DNA from: Raphidiopsis brookii D9
GTDB taxonomy: Bacteria > Cyanobacteriota > Cyanobacteriia > Cyanobacteriales > Nostocaceae
NCBI GenBank assembly: GCA_000175855.1
Contig: ACYB01000010.1
Location: 1-32,000, forward strand
DNA length: 32,000 nucleotides
Direction of reading: 5' to 3'
This document shows positions 17,370 through 26,883 of this stretch, one piece after another. Made by a program: the position numbers and the translations under genes. Each line of letters starts with the position of its first letter. Position 1 is the first letter of the stretch. Under the pieces are notes generated by a model. That model was not told where the DNA came from and made no database searches. It worked only from the letters and a program-made list of their open reading frames with translations.

Positions 17370-17834
17370 TTGGCGATCGCCCCTATTGTAGAAATTGACG
17401 TGCAGGTTTTGGTCTGTCGTCGTCTTAGATCTTGGAGATGGCCTGAAATGATAGTTTTTACTAACTTTCTCCGCTCGGTTTTACTAGCCATAGTATTGAG
17501 TTTTATAGCTCCAATATTATTTGTTGGTTTTTTATTGTCCTGTCTATACTTGTTTGGATTCATCCCTATCTTGCATGGAGTGACTCAGGATATACCCAAT
17601 GACATACTGCATTTTTTAGCTACCTTTGGCACTGGTAGTCCCCTAAATGGATTGTTAATCATTAGTCTGACTTTTGGTTTTGTGGGTGGGTTGTTTGATA
17701 TTTATGCCTACTATCGTCATCAGGTTCTTAGTTTAAACAGTGAGGGATTAATTGAAAGCTCAACAATTACAGTGTTTTGTGAATCCTTAGAGAATGAGGA
17801 AGTATATTTAAAACCTTTAACCAGAAGACCATAA
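17370..17834 (+). CDS. Hypothetical membrane protein
   Basis: 154-aa ORF with 3-4 hydrophobic segments. The internal ATG at 17448 (MIVFTNFLRS..., GGAG 10 nt upstream) is a plausible alternative start. Confidence 0.5.
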   Translation: MAIAPIVEIDVQVLVCRRLRSWRWPEMIVFTNFLRSVLLAIVLSFIAPILFVGFLLSCLYLFGFIPILHGVTQDIPNDILHFLATFGTGSPLNGLLIISLTFGFVGGLFDIYAYYRHQVLSLNSEGLIESSTITVFCESLENEEVYLKPLTRRP

Positions 17835-17855
17835 CTGGGTGCTGGATGGGCCTAG

Positions 17856-18494
17856 CTATGTCTTGACAAACAAAGCGCGGTAAATGGGTTCACCCTTATT
17901 CCGGGTAGCTATTTCCCGTTCTGTGGGGACTAGGGGGTTTTCTGATAACCATTCACCCACACCATGAAATACCCTAGTAAATGCTGGGTGTTCTTGTAAG
18001 CGATCGCACATTTGAGTAGCTAGAAAATGTTGGTCAGATTGTATAAACACTTCTCCACCCAAAACCAAGTAATTGGCCAAATGTGACACCAATTGGGGTT
18101 GCACCACACGACGTTTAGCATGACGGGATTTAAACCAAGGATCGGGGAATTGGATAGTTACCCGTTGTAAAACTCCCGTTGGCAAACTGGACAAAATTGG
18201 CTGTAGGGAATTATTCACATTACAAAACAAATAATGTAAATTTTGCCAATCTAATTGACTAGCTAATCTGTTAGCTTCCGTCACCAGAGGTTCTCTAATT
18301 TCTAAACCCAAAAAATTCCATTTTAATTCTCTTTGAGCCATTTGTAATAAAAACCTGCCTCGTCCAGCTCCAATATCCAAGTGTAGAGATTGATTTGTTT
18401 TAGAAAAAACCCGTTCCCATATTGGTGGATCAATAGGAGTTTGGAACTTTCTAGCTAGAGGGTTAACGTGCTGACGCACCCGAATCAAAGGCAA
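17856..18494 (-). CDS. trmB: tRNA (guanine-N7)-methyltransferase
   Basis: 212-aa ORF with RVRQHVNPLA, LDIGAGRGRFLL, GLEIR and FPDPWFKSRHAKRR motifs. Confidence 0.9.
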   Translation of the reverse strand: MPLIRVRQHVNPLARKFQTPIDPPIWERVFSKTNQSLHLDIGAGRGRFLLQMAQRELKWNFLGLEIREPLVTEANRLASQLDWQNLHYLFCNVNNSLQPILSSLPTGVLQRVTIQFPDPWFKSRHAKRRVVQPQLVSHLANYLVLGGEVFIQSDQHFLATQMCDRLQEHPAFTRVFHGVGEWLSENPLVPTEREIATRNKGEPIYRALFVKT

Positions 18495-18573
18495 AATTTC
18501 TACCTCCCTAATTTAATGTACATTTTAGATTAAACAGATAAGTGGTTTTAACATTTTTTTTAAATCAACTGAT

Positions 18574-19677
18574 ATGAAATTTCGCTTTGCCATAGTTAGC
18601 GATTTGCACATTGCTCTACCCCACACAATATGGGATCATCCCGATCGGTTCCACCTAGTGGAAGTAAGTATCCCCGCTTTGGAAAGCGTCCTTGAACATC
18701 TCACCCAACTAGATTTGGATTTTCTTTTACTCCCAGGAGACCTCACCCAACACGGTGAACCAGAAAATCACGCTTGGTTGACCAACAGACTATCACAGCT
18801 ACCATTTCCTAGCTATGTTGTCCCCGGTAATCATGATGTGCCCGTATTGTTAACCAATCACCAGTCTATTGGTTTTATAGAGTTTCCCTATTATTACCAT
18901 AAGTTTGGCTATGATCACCCAGACCATTGCTATTATAACCGTCAAATATTGCCAGGTGTGAGACTAATTGGCTTAAACTCTAACACCTTTGACCACCATG
19001 GTAAACAGATAGGAGTTTTAGACCCGAAACAATTTCAATGGTTAGAGTCAGAATTGGCAAAGATAAAGGATGAATTAGTCTTGGTCATGATTCATCACAA
19101 TGTTGTTGAGCATTTACCAAATCAGGCAACCCATCCCATGGCTAATCGTTACATGTTAGAAAACGCTCGAGAGCTGGTAGACCTGTTGGGTAGACACGGG
19201 GTTAAACTAGTGTTTACAGGACACCTACATGTGCAGGATGTAGCCCAGTTCAATGGAGTTTATGATATTACTACCGGTTCCCTTGTTAGTTATCCCCATC
19301 CCTATAGGGTATTAGAATATGAACGGGACTATCTAGGGAGAGAATGGTTACAAATATTGTCCTATCGAGTCCAATCAGTACCCCAATTCCCCAATTTACA
19401 ACAATCATCCAGACAATGGATGGGCGATCGCTCCTTTCCCTTTGTGATCAAACTACTAACCCTACCTCCCTTGAATTTACCCTTAAATCAAGCCCAAAAG
19501 TTAGCTCCTGACCTACGAGAATTTTGGGCGACCATAGCGGACGGGGATGGAATCTTGGAGTATCCCACCTTTCCCCTAGAAGTTCGGTCTTACATTGCAA
19601 AATATGGAGCCATTAGTCACAATGGTGTTCCCACTTATATTGATAATAACACTCGTCTTTTGCTTAATGACCAATAA
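18574..19677 (+). CDS. Calcineurin-like metallophosphoesterase
   Basis: 367-aa ORF with SDLH, PGDLTQHGE, PGNHD, IHHN and TGHLH metal-binding motifs. Confidence 0.8.
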   Translation: MKFRFAIVSDLHIALPHTIWDHPDRFHLVEVSIPALESVLEHLTQLDLDFLLLPGDLTQHGEPENHAWLTNRLSQLPFPSYVVPGNHDVPVLLTNHQSIGFIEFPYYYHKFGYDHPDHCYYNRQILPGVRLIGLNSNTFDHHGKQIGVLDPKQFQWLESELAKIKDELVLVMIHHNVVEHLPNQATHPMANRYMLENARELVDLLGRHGVKLVFTGHLHVQDVAQFNGVYDITTGSLVSYPHPYRVLEYERDYLGREWLQILSYRVQSVPQFPNLQQSSRQWMGDRSFPFVIKLLTLPPLNLPLNQAQKLAPDLREFWATIADGDGILEYPTFPLEVRSYIAKYGAISHNGVPTYIDNNTRLLLNDQ

Positions 19678-19686
19678 CCCAAATTT

Positions 19687-21225
19687 TTACTCTGCTCCTT
19701 CTATGGGAGCAAAACCCTGACGTTGAATGTTCTCGGTTATGGTTCTTGGTTCTAAAAACTGTAATAAATAATCAGGACCACCTGCTTTGGAACCCACACC
19801 AGAAAGTTTAAACCCACCAAATGGTTGACGAGCTACAATCGCACCCGTAATATTCCTATTAATATACAAATTTCCCACTTCTAATTCCCTCTTTGCTTGT
19901 TCAATATGGGAAGGTGTGCGGGAATAAATACCCCCTGTTAAAGCATAGTTGGTTGAATTGGCAATTTCTACCGCTTGGTGAAAATCTGGCGCAGGAATTA
20001 CTGCTAAAACCGGACCAAATATCTCCTGCTGAGCGATCGCTCCCTGGGGAGGAACCTCAGCAAAAATTACGGGTCCAACAAAATACCCTTGAGATGGAGA
20101 TTCCAACTGCAAAACCAATTTGGCTTCTTTTTTGCCCATCTCTATATATTCTAAAATCCGGTTTTTAGCTTGACTATCAATCACTGGACCAACCTGGGTA
20201 CTAGGTAGCTCCGCTGCACCAATATTTAAGGACTTGGTTGCCTCAATTAATCTACTTAAAAACGTTTCATAGATAGGTTGCAATACAATTACCCTAGAAC
20301 AGGCGGAACACTTTTGACCACTATAACCAAAAGCGGAATGCACCACCCCTACCACCGCTTGGTCCAGATCCGCACTTTCATCTACAATGATGGCATTCTT
20401 ACCTCCCATTTCGGCAATTACCTTTTTAAGATGTTTTTGTCCTGGTTTAACAATGGCAGCTTCTGCATAAATTCTACATCCTACTTCCTGGGATCCCGTA
20501 AAAGCAATTACATGGGTTTGGGGATGATTAACCAGGTAGGCGCCCACTTGAGATCCCTTTCCGGGCACATATTGAAACACACCTTTGGGAATTCCCGCTT
20601 CTAGGAGGATTTGTGTAAACTTGGCGGTAATCACAGAAGAGGTTTCTGCTGGTTTGAGCAGAGTGCAATTTCCTGCAACCAGAGCAGCAACCGTCATACC
20701 ACAAGCGATCGCTAGGGGAAAGTTCCAGGGGGAGATGACCACAGCAATTCCCTTAGGTTGGTAAATATAACGGTTGGTTTCTCCAGCGACATCATACACC
20801 ACTCCCCCATCCAGACGTTCCATTTCCTGGGCGTAATAACGACAAAAATCTATAGCCTCGGAAACTTCTGCATCAGCTTCTTTAACAGGTTTGCCAACTT
20901 CTAATACAATCCATGCTGCCAATTCAGCTCGTCTGATTTCCATTAAGTTGGCTGCGCGACGCAAAATATCAGCTCGTTGTGGCACAGGTGTTTTTTGCCA
21001 ATGGGGAAAAGCAGCTCGAGCAGCTTGCATTGCTTCCTCAGCTTGTTCCACACTAATCAAGCCAATTTTGCCCACTACCTGACTAAAATCGGAAGGATTT
21101 AAGGAATCGATAATAGTTGGTGTATTAACATATTCTCCATTAATTAGGGTAAATAGGTTTCCCCAATTGTTGACGCACCTGCTCAAAAGCCAATCGGGAA
21201 TCTTCTCGTTTTTGCTCCTCAGCAT
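19687..21225 (-). CDS. putA: PutA C-terminal half: L-glutamate gamma-semialdehyde (P5C) dehydrogenase domain
   Basis: 512-aa ORF with aldehyde dehydrogenase motifs (FTGSQEVG, EMGGKNAIIV, GQKCSACSR). Only residues from about LINGEYVNT (near 21147) look genuine. The first 26 codons are the out-of-frame reading of the upstream ORF's 3' end. Confidence 0.8.
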   Translation of the reverse strand: MLRSKNEKIPDWLLSRCVNNWGNLFTLINGEYVNTPTIIDSLNPSDFSQVVGKIGLISVEQAEEAMQAARAAFPHWQKTPVPQRADILRRAANLMEIRRAELAAWIVLEVGKPVKEADAEVSEAIDFCRYYAQEMERLDGGVVYDVAGETNRYIYQPKGIAVVISPWNFPLAIACGMTVAALVAGNCTLLKPAETSSVITAKFTQILLEAGIPKGVFQYVPGKGSQVGAYLVNHPQTHVIAFTGSQEVGCRIYAEAAIVKPGQKHLKKVIAEMGGKNAIIVDESADLDQAVVGVVHSAFGYSGQKCSACSRVIVLQPIYETFLSRLIEATKSLNIGAAELPSTQVGPVIDSQAKNRILEYIEMGKKEAKLVLQLESPSQGYFVGPVIFAEVPPQGAIAQQEIFGPVLAVIPAPDFHQAVEIANSTNYALTGGIYSRTPSHIEQAKRELEVGNLYINRNITGAIVARQPFGGFKLSGVGSKAGGPDYLLQFLEPRTITENIQRQGFAPIEGAE

Positions 21226-22657
21226 AATCTATATCCGCAGCACCTCTAAAATCTTGTGTTGGGTTTTCTGGACTGGGGGTTTCTTCCACTATGGGAGGAG
21301 CTAACAATTCAGCAACCGGACGATTTTCCAAATTTTGCCTTAAAAAGGAACTATTAGCTGTATTCTCCAATAGTCTGCGAATTAGATAGGCCATCCCCGG
21401 TAATAAATCACCGTAGGGACAATAGACTCGCACTCTATACCCTTTATCTACTAATGCTTTAGCAATTTTGTCACCCATGCCATACAAAACTTGCATTTCA
21501 AAGCAGCGTCGTGGAACTTTGAGAGTTTCTGCAATGGCTATGGCACGAGCTTGGGATCTAACATTGTGACTACCTAGAGCGGAATAAACGTATTGATGAT
21601 TTTCTAAAAGAAGCTGAGTTATGGCTTCAAAGTTAGCATCCGTAGCTACTTTATCATTGTAAACTGGTTGGTGCCAATGTTTTTGGGCAGCCTTAATAGT
21701 TTCCTGATCCCAATAGGCGCCTTTTACCAATCTAATGGTTAAGGGATAACCTCGTTGTTTCAACCAGTCAATTACCCCTTGTACATCTTCCTTACTATCA
21801 CGTAAATAGGCTTGAATAGTTATGCCAATATCCGTACGTTGACGAAATTCCTCTTCTAATAATAGCTTTTTCAAAATTTTCAAAGTTATATCTTTATAGG
21901 CATACTGCTCCATATCAAAATGTACTGCTGCTCCCAATTCCCGGGATCGACGTAGCAAAATCCGAATCCGCTCGCTCACCTTTGCTTCACTCCCTTCAGC
22001 ATTTAAAGGATCAAACTGGGAATAGAAAGCAGTTAATTTCACTGAAACCTGTACTTTGGGAATTATTTCTCCATCAGCTTCGTCAATAATAGGTACGTGG
22101 TGCCATTTTTTTGATGCTTCCACTAACTGCTGCATCAATTCTAAATATTTTTCTAAATAAGACTGCGCCTCTACTTCTGTAATGACTGCTTCCCCAAGTA
22201 AATCAATAGTGAAAGCCATTTTTTCTTTTCTGAGTTTTTCCACGGTTTTAATTACCTGTTGGATATTCTCTCCAGAAATATATTTATGTGCCAGAGTTTG
22301 CACTGCTGTTTCCACAGTGGTAGCAGCTACCTGACCTGGCATGGAATCGGGGTAAGCAAAATTTAACAAACTTTTTAATGCTGGTGGTAATTCCACTGAA
22401 TCATCACCCAAATACTCCTGTAAATGGGAGGCAATTTCCACCTTACTATGGAGTGCAGGTAAAGTGTCTATAAAACGAAACAACTGCACCCGCAACCCAG
22501 GATTATCCATAGTCCACCCCAACAGCTTGTCATCCCATCGCATTTGATCCCGTAAAGCAGCAAAAAAGGAACGACCTTCCTGGGTGTGAGTGAGAATCTG
22601 CTGGGCAATTTCTTGGGTTTTAACTTCGTAATTACTGTTTTGTGTTTTTAATGCCAT
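21140..22657 (-). CDS. putA: PutA N-terminal half: proline dehydrogenase domain
   Basis: 505-aa ORF with PRODH (beta/alpha)8 motifs (VHFDMEQY, VKGAYWDQE, QVLYGMGD, YLIRRLLENTANSSF). It ends ...VRQQLGKPIYPN*, just where bifunctional PutA proteins continue into the ALDH domain. Confidence 0.8.
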   Translation of the reverse strand: MALKTQNSNYEVKTQEIAQQILTHTQEGRSFFAALRDQMRWDDKLLGWTMDNPGLRVQLFRFIDTLPALHSKVEIASHLQEYLGDDSVELPPALKSLLNFAYPDSMPGQVAATTVETAVQTLAHKYISGENIQQVIKTVEKLRKEKMAFTIDLLGEAVITEVEAQSYLEKYLELMQQLVEASKKWHHVPIIDEADGEIIPKVQVSVKLTAFYSQFDPLNAEGSEAKVSERIRILLRRSRELGAAVHFDMEQYAYKDITLKILKKLLLEEEFRQRTDIGITIQAYLRDSKEDVQGVIDWLKQRGYPLTIRLVKGAYWDQETIKAAQKHWHQPVYNDKVATDANFEAITQLLLENHQYVYSALGSHNVRSQARAIAIAETLKVPRRCFEMQVLYGMGDKIAKALVDKGYRVRVYCPYGDLLPGMAYLIRRLLENTANSSFLRQNLENRPVAELLAPPIVEETPSPENPTQDFRGAADIDYAEEQKREDSRLAFEQVRQQLGKPIYPN

Positions 22658-22753
22658 AAAATAAAATATTACTGAAATTACTACTTAATAATCTAAGAAA
22701 GGCGATCGCCAACCATCTTATACTGTAAAATACTGTAATCTAAAAATCCCCCA

Positions 22754-22960
22754 ATGAACAGTCAACAACTAGCTAGATATTTAGAACTAACAGATAGTAT
22801 TGCCAAACCGTGGTTATTAGTGCAACTCAGGTTAAAAAAACTACAGGAGCGTCGGCATGAGATATCTACGGAAGTTTATATAGAAGAACTGGCAGATATT
22901 CACCAGGATATGATGAATTTAGGAGAATGGTGGAAAGGAATAGAGGATGAGGTGTTCTAG
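22754..22960 (+). CDS. Hypothetical small protein (68 aa, predicted helical)
   Basis: The ORF is isolated between putA and purM. No recognisable motif and coding status not verified. Confidence 0.35.
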   Translation: MNSQQLARYLELTDSIAKPWLLVQLRLKKLQERRHEISTEVYIEELADIHQDMMNLGEWWKGIEDEVF

Positions 22961-23020
22961 GGATTTTAGTGATTTGATGGTAATGATGGATAGAAAAAAC
23001 AGAAGGTTAACATTACAGTC

Positions 23021-24052
23021 ATGGATTATCGGGATGCGGGTGTGGATGTGGAAGCGGGTAGAGCTTTTGTGGGACAAATTCGCAATTTAGTTCACAGTAC
23101 CTTTAGACCAGAAGTTTTGGGCGGTTTGGGCGGTTTTAGTGGATGTTTCCAACTACCCACAGGTTATCACGAACCTGTATTGGTGTCTGGTACGGATGGT
23201 GTGGGCACAAAGCTAAAAATTGCCCAAATTCTCAATTGTCACCACACTGTGGGTATTGATTTGGTGGCTATGTGTGTTAATGATGTACTTACCTCGGGAG
23301 CAGAACCACTATTTTTTCTAGATTATGTCGCTACTGGTAAACTAGAAGGAGAGCAGTTAACTCAGGTGGTGTCAGGAATAGCTCAAGGTTGTAAATTAGC
23401 TGGTGCTGCTCTATTGGGGGGAGAAACAGCTGAAATGCCAGGTTTCTACCAGGTAGGTGAATATGACCTAGCTGGTTTCTGTGTGGGAATTGTGGAAAAA
23501 AGCAAAATGTTAGATGGTTCCCAGGTGCAAATTGGCGATCTGGTCATGGGTCTAGCTAGTTCTGGTATTCATAGTAATGGTCTGAGTTTAGTCCGGAAGA
23601 TTATTAGTGATGGTGGTTTTGCTTGGGACCATACTCCAGAGTTGTTCCATGGCAAAACCCTAGGTTCTACTTTTCTCACCCCTACTCGCATTTATGTTAA
23701 GTCTGTTTTATCAGCTCTGCACCAGGGTCTGGAAATCCACGGTATGGCCCACATTACTGGTGGGGGTTTACCAGAAAATTTGCCCAGGTGCTTAGGATCT
23801 AATCAATCTGTGAAAGTTCATCCAGCTAGTTGGCCAATCCCCCCCGTATTTAAATGGTTGGCTGATTTTGGCTCTGTGGGTGCAGAAGCTATGTACAATA
23901 CTTTTAACATGGGTTTGGGTTTTGTGTTGATTTTACCTCCCACACAAGCACAACAAGCAATTACTCATTTCCAATCTCAGCATATTCCCGCTTTTACTAT
24001 TGGTGAGGTTGTGGGGGGATCGGGTGAATTAATTGCTCTTTTTGATTCTTAG
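23021..24052 (+). CDS. purM: Phosphoribosylformylglycinamidine cyclo-ligase (AIR synthetase)
   Basis: 343-aa ORF with [40 protein letters not shown] and HITGGG motifs. Confidence 0.95.
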   Translation: MDYRDAGVDVEAGRAFVGQIRNLVHSTFRPEVLGGLGGFSGCFQLPTGYHEPVLVSGTDGVGTKLKIAQILNCHHTVGIDLVAMCVNDVLTSGAEPLFFLDYVATGKLEGEQLTQVVSGIAQGCKLAGAALLGGETAEMPGFYQVGEYDLAGFCVGIVEKSKMLDGSQVQIGDLVMGLASSGIHSNGLSLVRKIISDGGFAWDHTPELFHGKTLGSTFLTPTRIYVKSVLSALHQGLEIHGMAHITGGGLPENLPRCLGSNQSVKVHPASWPIPPVFKWLADFGSVGAEAMYNTFNMGLGFVLILPPTQAQQAITHFQSQHIPAFTIGEVVGGSGELIALFDS

Positions 24053-24702
24053 CTATCTACAGGTTGTTGACCATAGTAGGGTAGGGAATCAGACCAGTGA
24101 CCATTCTTACCTTGTTGCCAATCTAAATAAGCTAGGTTTAATATACTGGTTACTGTTACTGCTAAATTTGATGTGGCTCTAATTAGTTTATATTCAACCG
24201 GATAATCATTGGGCAACCCATTTAGGGTTTCTTCCCATTCTTCTAAGGTGAACACCTGGTCTGCTAATAGAGCTTTTATCCCGGAGTTGTTAACATTAAT
24301 CTGATAAATCGCTCCAAATACTTTCCCCTGCTGTGCTGGCATTTCTACAGCAATAGTGGCTGGCAAATGAGTATCTTGGCTCTTTTCGTGCCATGCCACT
24401 GCTGCTAAGGTGGATATAGCTAAAACCGGAATGTTCAGTTGCTGACCTAGGGTCCGTGCTATAACCACACCAATGCGAGTACCGGTAAACCCTCCAGGTC
24501 CTTTAGCTACTGCAATTAACTGTAGATCTGGCCAGCTTTGGGGTAGGATAAAATCCACTAGACATTGGTGAATATGACTGGATACATCACGTCCCAAATT
24601 CCATACCTGGGAGCGTGTGTCATCCACAAAGTTACTCATTACCAAACCTAATTCCGGTGTAGTAGTGTGTATTCCTAAAGCGTATTTTTGCTGATTGTTC
24701 AA
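24049..24702 (-). CDS. tsaB: tRNA t6A37 biosynthesis protein TsaB (YeaZ family)
   Basis: 217-aa ORF with [14 protein letters not shown] and [29 protein letters not shown] motifs. Confidence 0.8.
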   Translation of the reverse strand: MNNQQKYALGIHTTTPELGLVMSNFVDDTRSQVWNLGRDVSSHIHQCLVDFILPQSWPDLQLIAVAKGPGGFTGTRIGVVIARTLGQQLNIPVLAISTLAAVAWHEKSQDTHLPATIAVEMPAQQGKVFGAIYQINVNNSGIKALLADQVFTLEEWEETLNGLPNDYPVEYKLIRATSNLAVTVTSILNLAYLDWQQGKNGHWSDSLPYYGQQPVDS

Positions 24703-24752
24703 GATCTTCTATTCACAGTAAATTGGAAAATTTAGAATAATATGCACCAACC

Positions 24753-25001
24753 TTAGGTAGGTACTAACTCACCCGGACGTAATGATGCCCATTTACCCAT
24801 TTCTGGTTTAAAACTTAGACAACCCACCACATCCCATTCCATTTCAATAATTTCTCCTTTAGTACGAATATTAACATTTATGGTAGGTTCCTGGGCATTA
24901 AAATCGGGATTTTCGTTTAAGTGTGGTTGTTGGTGTTGAGTTTCTACCGCATTGTAGGTAACACAACGGTCTACGTAGTGACAGTTAACGCAAATACACA
25001 T
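24753..25001 (-). CDS. ycf34: Ycf34 (small Fe-S protein conserved in cyanobacteria and plastids)
   Basis: Starts MCICVNCHYVDRCVTYNAVE... The ORF track begins 2 codons earlier (25007), but MCICVNC is the conserved N-terminus as I recall it. Confidence 0.8.
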   Translation of the reverse strand: MCICVNCHYVDRCVTYNAVETQHQQPHLNENPDFNAQEPTINVNIRTKGEIIEMEWDVVGCLSFKPEMGKWASLRPGELVPT

Positions 25002-25113
25002 GACCAACTCCTACTCTCAGGATTAGATATATAGCTATATCAGCTATATCATATAGTTTTAGCAGATGGAATGGCAATATAGACTAATTTGCCGCTCATA
25101 CTTTTTTGGATAA

Positions 25114-26388
25114 ATGATGAATGATTCAATTGCTGCTCGCTTAGATCCCAAAAATTGGCCGTTTAGCTTGGGGATGCTACCTCAACCAGCTTATATGGTA
25201 GGTGGTGCAGTGCGGGATGGCATTTTGGGTAGAAGTCAAGACTATTTGGATTTAGACTTTATCATACCAGACAATGCGGTAAAAGTTGCTCGGGCGATCG
25301 CCCAACATTATGGAGCTGGGTTTGTGTTGTTAGATAGTAAGAGAAATATAGCCCGGGTGGTATTTCCCCAGGGGACAGTAGATTTTGCCCAACAGGATGG
25401 AGAGAGTTTACTGACTGATTTACACCGGAGAGACTTTACCATTAACGCGATCGCCTATAATCCCTATACTCAAGAACTGATGGATCCTCTGGGTGGTTGT
25501 AAAGACATAGAAAGTGGTCTATTGCGGATGATATCTCCTCAAAATCTCCAAGATGACCCTTTGCGTTTAATGCGTGCTTATCGTCAAGCTGCCCAATTAA
25601 ACTTTGTTATTGAACCTCATACCCAACTAACTATTCGTAGATTGGCTACAAATCTTTGTCAAGTCGCTTCCGAAAGAATTAGAACAGAAGTTGGTTATCT
25701 TTTGCAAAATGCTGTAGGTACATTTTGGCTAAAAACCGCTTGGGAGGATGGGTTATTAGGTCAGTTTTTTATTTATGCAACCAGAGAAAGTGTAGATAAA
25801 CTAATTGCAGTGGATCCAGCGATTCAAGCAATAGGGGAGAATTGGTCACAACTGGGGGAGAAGCTAGAAAAACCCATTCGGGATTCTATGAAAACCAGAT
25901 GGTTGGATATTGCTAAACTGGGGTGTTTAGTGAATCCTGCTCCTGAGATAGCAGAACGGGAGCTGGGGGAAATGACATACAGTCGAGTGGAGATTCGTAG
26001 TGTGATTACCGCCCTACGACTATTCCCGCAGATGAAACAAGCAAGTAGCATGTCCCTGCGAGAACAGTATTATTGGTTTAGGGAGGTAGGGGTTGTGTTT
26101 AGCTCTACAATCGTTCTAGCTTTAGTACAAGATATCTTCAACACCAAGTTCCAGAAGCACAGTTTAGAGTTGTATAGACCCCTGGTTCAACGTTATTTGA
26201 ACCCTGATGATTTGGTGGCCCACCCATCACCGTTGGTGACTGGTAAGGAAGTGATTGTAGCACTAAATATTCCACCTTCACCACTGGTGGGAGACATTTT
26301 GCAGGAAATTGCCATTGCTCAAGCTGAGGGTAAGGTAAATAATTCCCAGGGAGCACTAGCACTAGCTAGAAAACTAATAGAAAATTGA
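25114..26388 (+). CDS. CCA tRNA nucleotidyltransferase / poly(A) polymerase family protein
   Basis: 424-aa ORF with the nucleotidyltransferase head motif GGAVRDGILGR...DLDF, plus RRDFTINA and DPLRLMRAYR. Confidence 0.85.
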   Translation: MMNDSIAARLDPKNWPFSLGMLPQPAYMVGGAVRDGILGRSQDYLDLDFIIPDNAVKVARAIAQHYGAGFVLLDSKRNIARVVFPQGTVDFAQQDGESLLTDLHRRDFTINAIAYNPYTQELMDPLGGCKDIESGLLRMISPQNLQDDPLRLMRAYRQAAQLNFVIEPHTQLTIRRLATNLCQVASERIRTEVGYLLQNAVGTFWLKTAWEDGLLGQFFIYATRESVDKLIAVDPAIQAIGENWSQLGEKLEKPIRDSMKTRWLDIAKLGCLVNPAPEIAERELGEMTYSRVEIRSVITALRLFPQMKQASSMSLREQYYWFREVGVVFSSTIVLALVQDIFNTKFQKHSLELYRPLVQRYLNPDDLVAHPSPLVTGKEVIVALNIPPSPLVGDILQEIAIAQAEGKVNNSQGALALARKLIEN

Positions 26389-26394
26389 TAAGGA

Positions 26395-26856
26395 TTATAG
26401 AGCATATTTGGGAGACTTGGCTAATCCTTCGGCAACATTTTTAAACCGAACTAACTGGGACCGCATATCCGACTGGGTCCAGGATGCAGCAAAAGTGTTA
26501 AATCCCCAACTGATAATGGGATTGGGTATTTTAAATTCAAAGGAATTAATCAATAATGTACCTTGACTTAGAGGTTGGCATTCCCAGCGATCGCTCCCTT
26601 GGAAGAAACCCTTAAAACCCCAGACAATAAGTCCTGGTTGTCTTTCAATGACCACCACATTGAGAGTGGGTTTAATTCCTGGGATTTGAATCATAAAACG
26701 ACTGCGACTGCCAATTTCTGTAGTCCAAATCTCCAGTGGTTCACAGCGAAGCAGAGGATTTAACCATTGGTGCATTAAATTCAAATCGGTTAAACATTGT
26801 TCTACTAATGTAGCAGGAGCATTAATTTGAATTGATTGTTGTAAAAGTTGGGTCAT
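26395..26856 (-). CDS. SRPBCC (START/Bet v1-like) superfamily protein
   Basis: 153-aa ORF whose size and pattern (INAPATLVEQCLTDLNLMHQW...) fit the polyketide-cyclase/dehydrase-like fold. The assignment is weak. Confidence 0.45.
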   Translation of the reverse strand: MTQLLQQSIQINAPATLVEQCLTDLNLMHQWLNPLLRCEPLEIWTTEIGSRSRFMIQIPGIKPTLNVVVIERQPGLIVWGFKGFFQGSDRWECQPLSQGTLLINSFEFKIPNPIISWGFNTFAASWTQSDMRSQLVRFKNVAEGLAKSPKYAL

Positions 26857-26883
26857 TTTTAAAAATATAGCTTGTACCAGAAT

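Larger units (their letters stand above)
19687..22657 (-). pseudogene. putA: Bifunctional putA (proline dehydrogenase / P5C dehydrogenase) interrupted by a single frameshift near 21146-21149; either a pseudogene or a sequencing error
   Basis: The two ORFs overlap by 86 nt in different frames. Removing one G from the G3 run at 21147-21149 joins them as ...QQLGKPIYLINGEYVNT..., giving about 989 aa, the size I recall for cyanobacterial PutA. Confidence 0.55.

Noticed and set aside
21137-21152. Possibility that the putA split reflects programmed +1 ribosomal frameshifting at ...UAC CCU AAU UAA
   Set aside because: No slippery re-pairing is available (CCU to CUA and AAU to AUU both mismatch), and no upstream SD-like stimulator of the prfB type is evident. 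A simple indel at the G3 run explains it.
24049-24052. purM and tsaB stop codons overlap on opposite strands (TTAG)
   Set aside because: The overlap is real, but it is a trivial 4-nt convergent overlap common in compact genomes, with no further implication seen.
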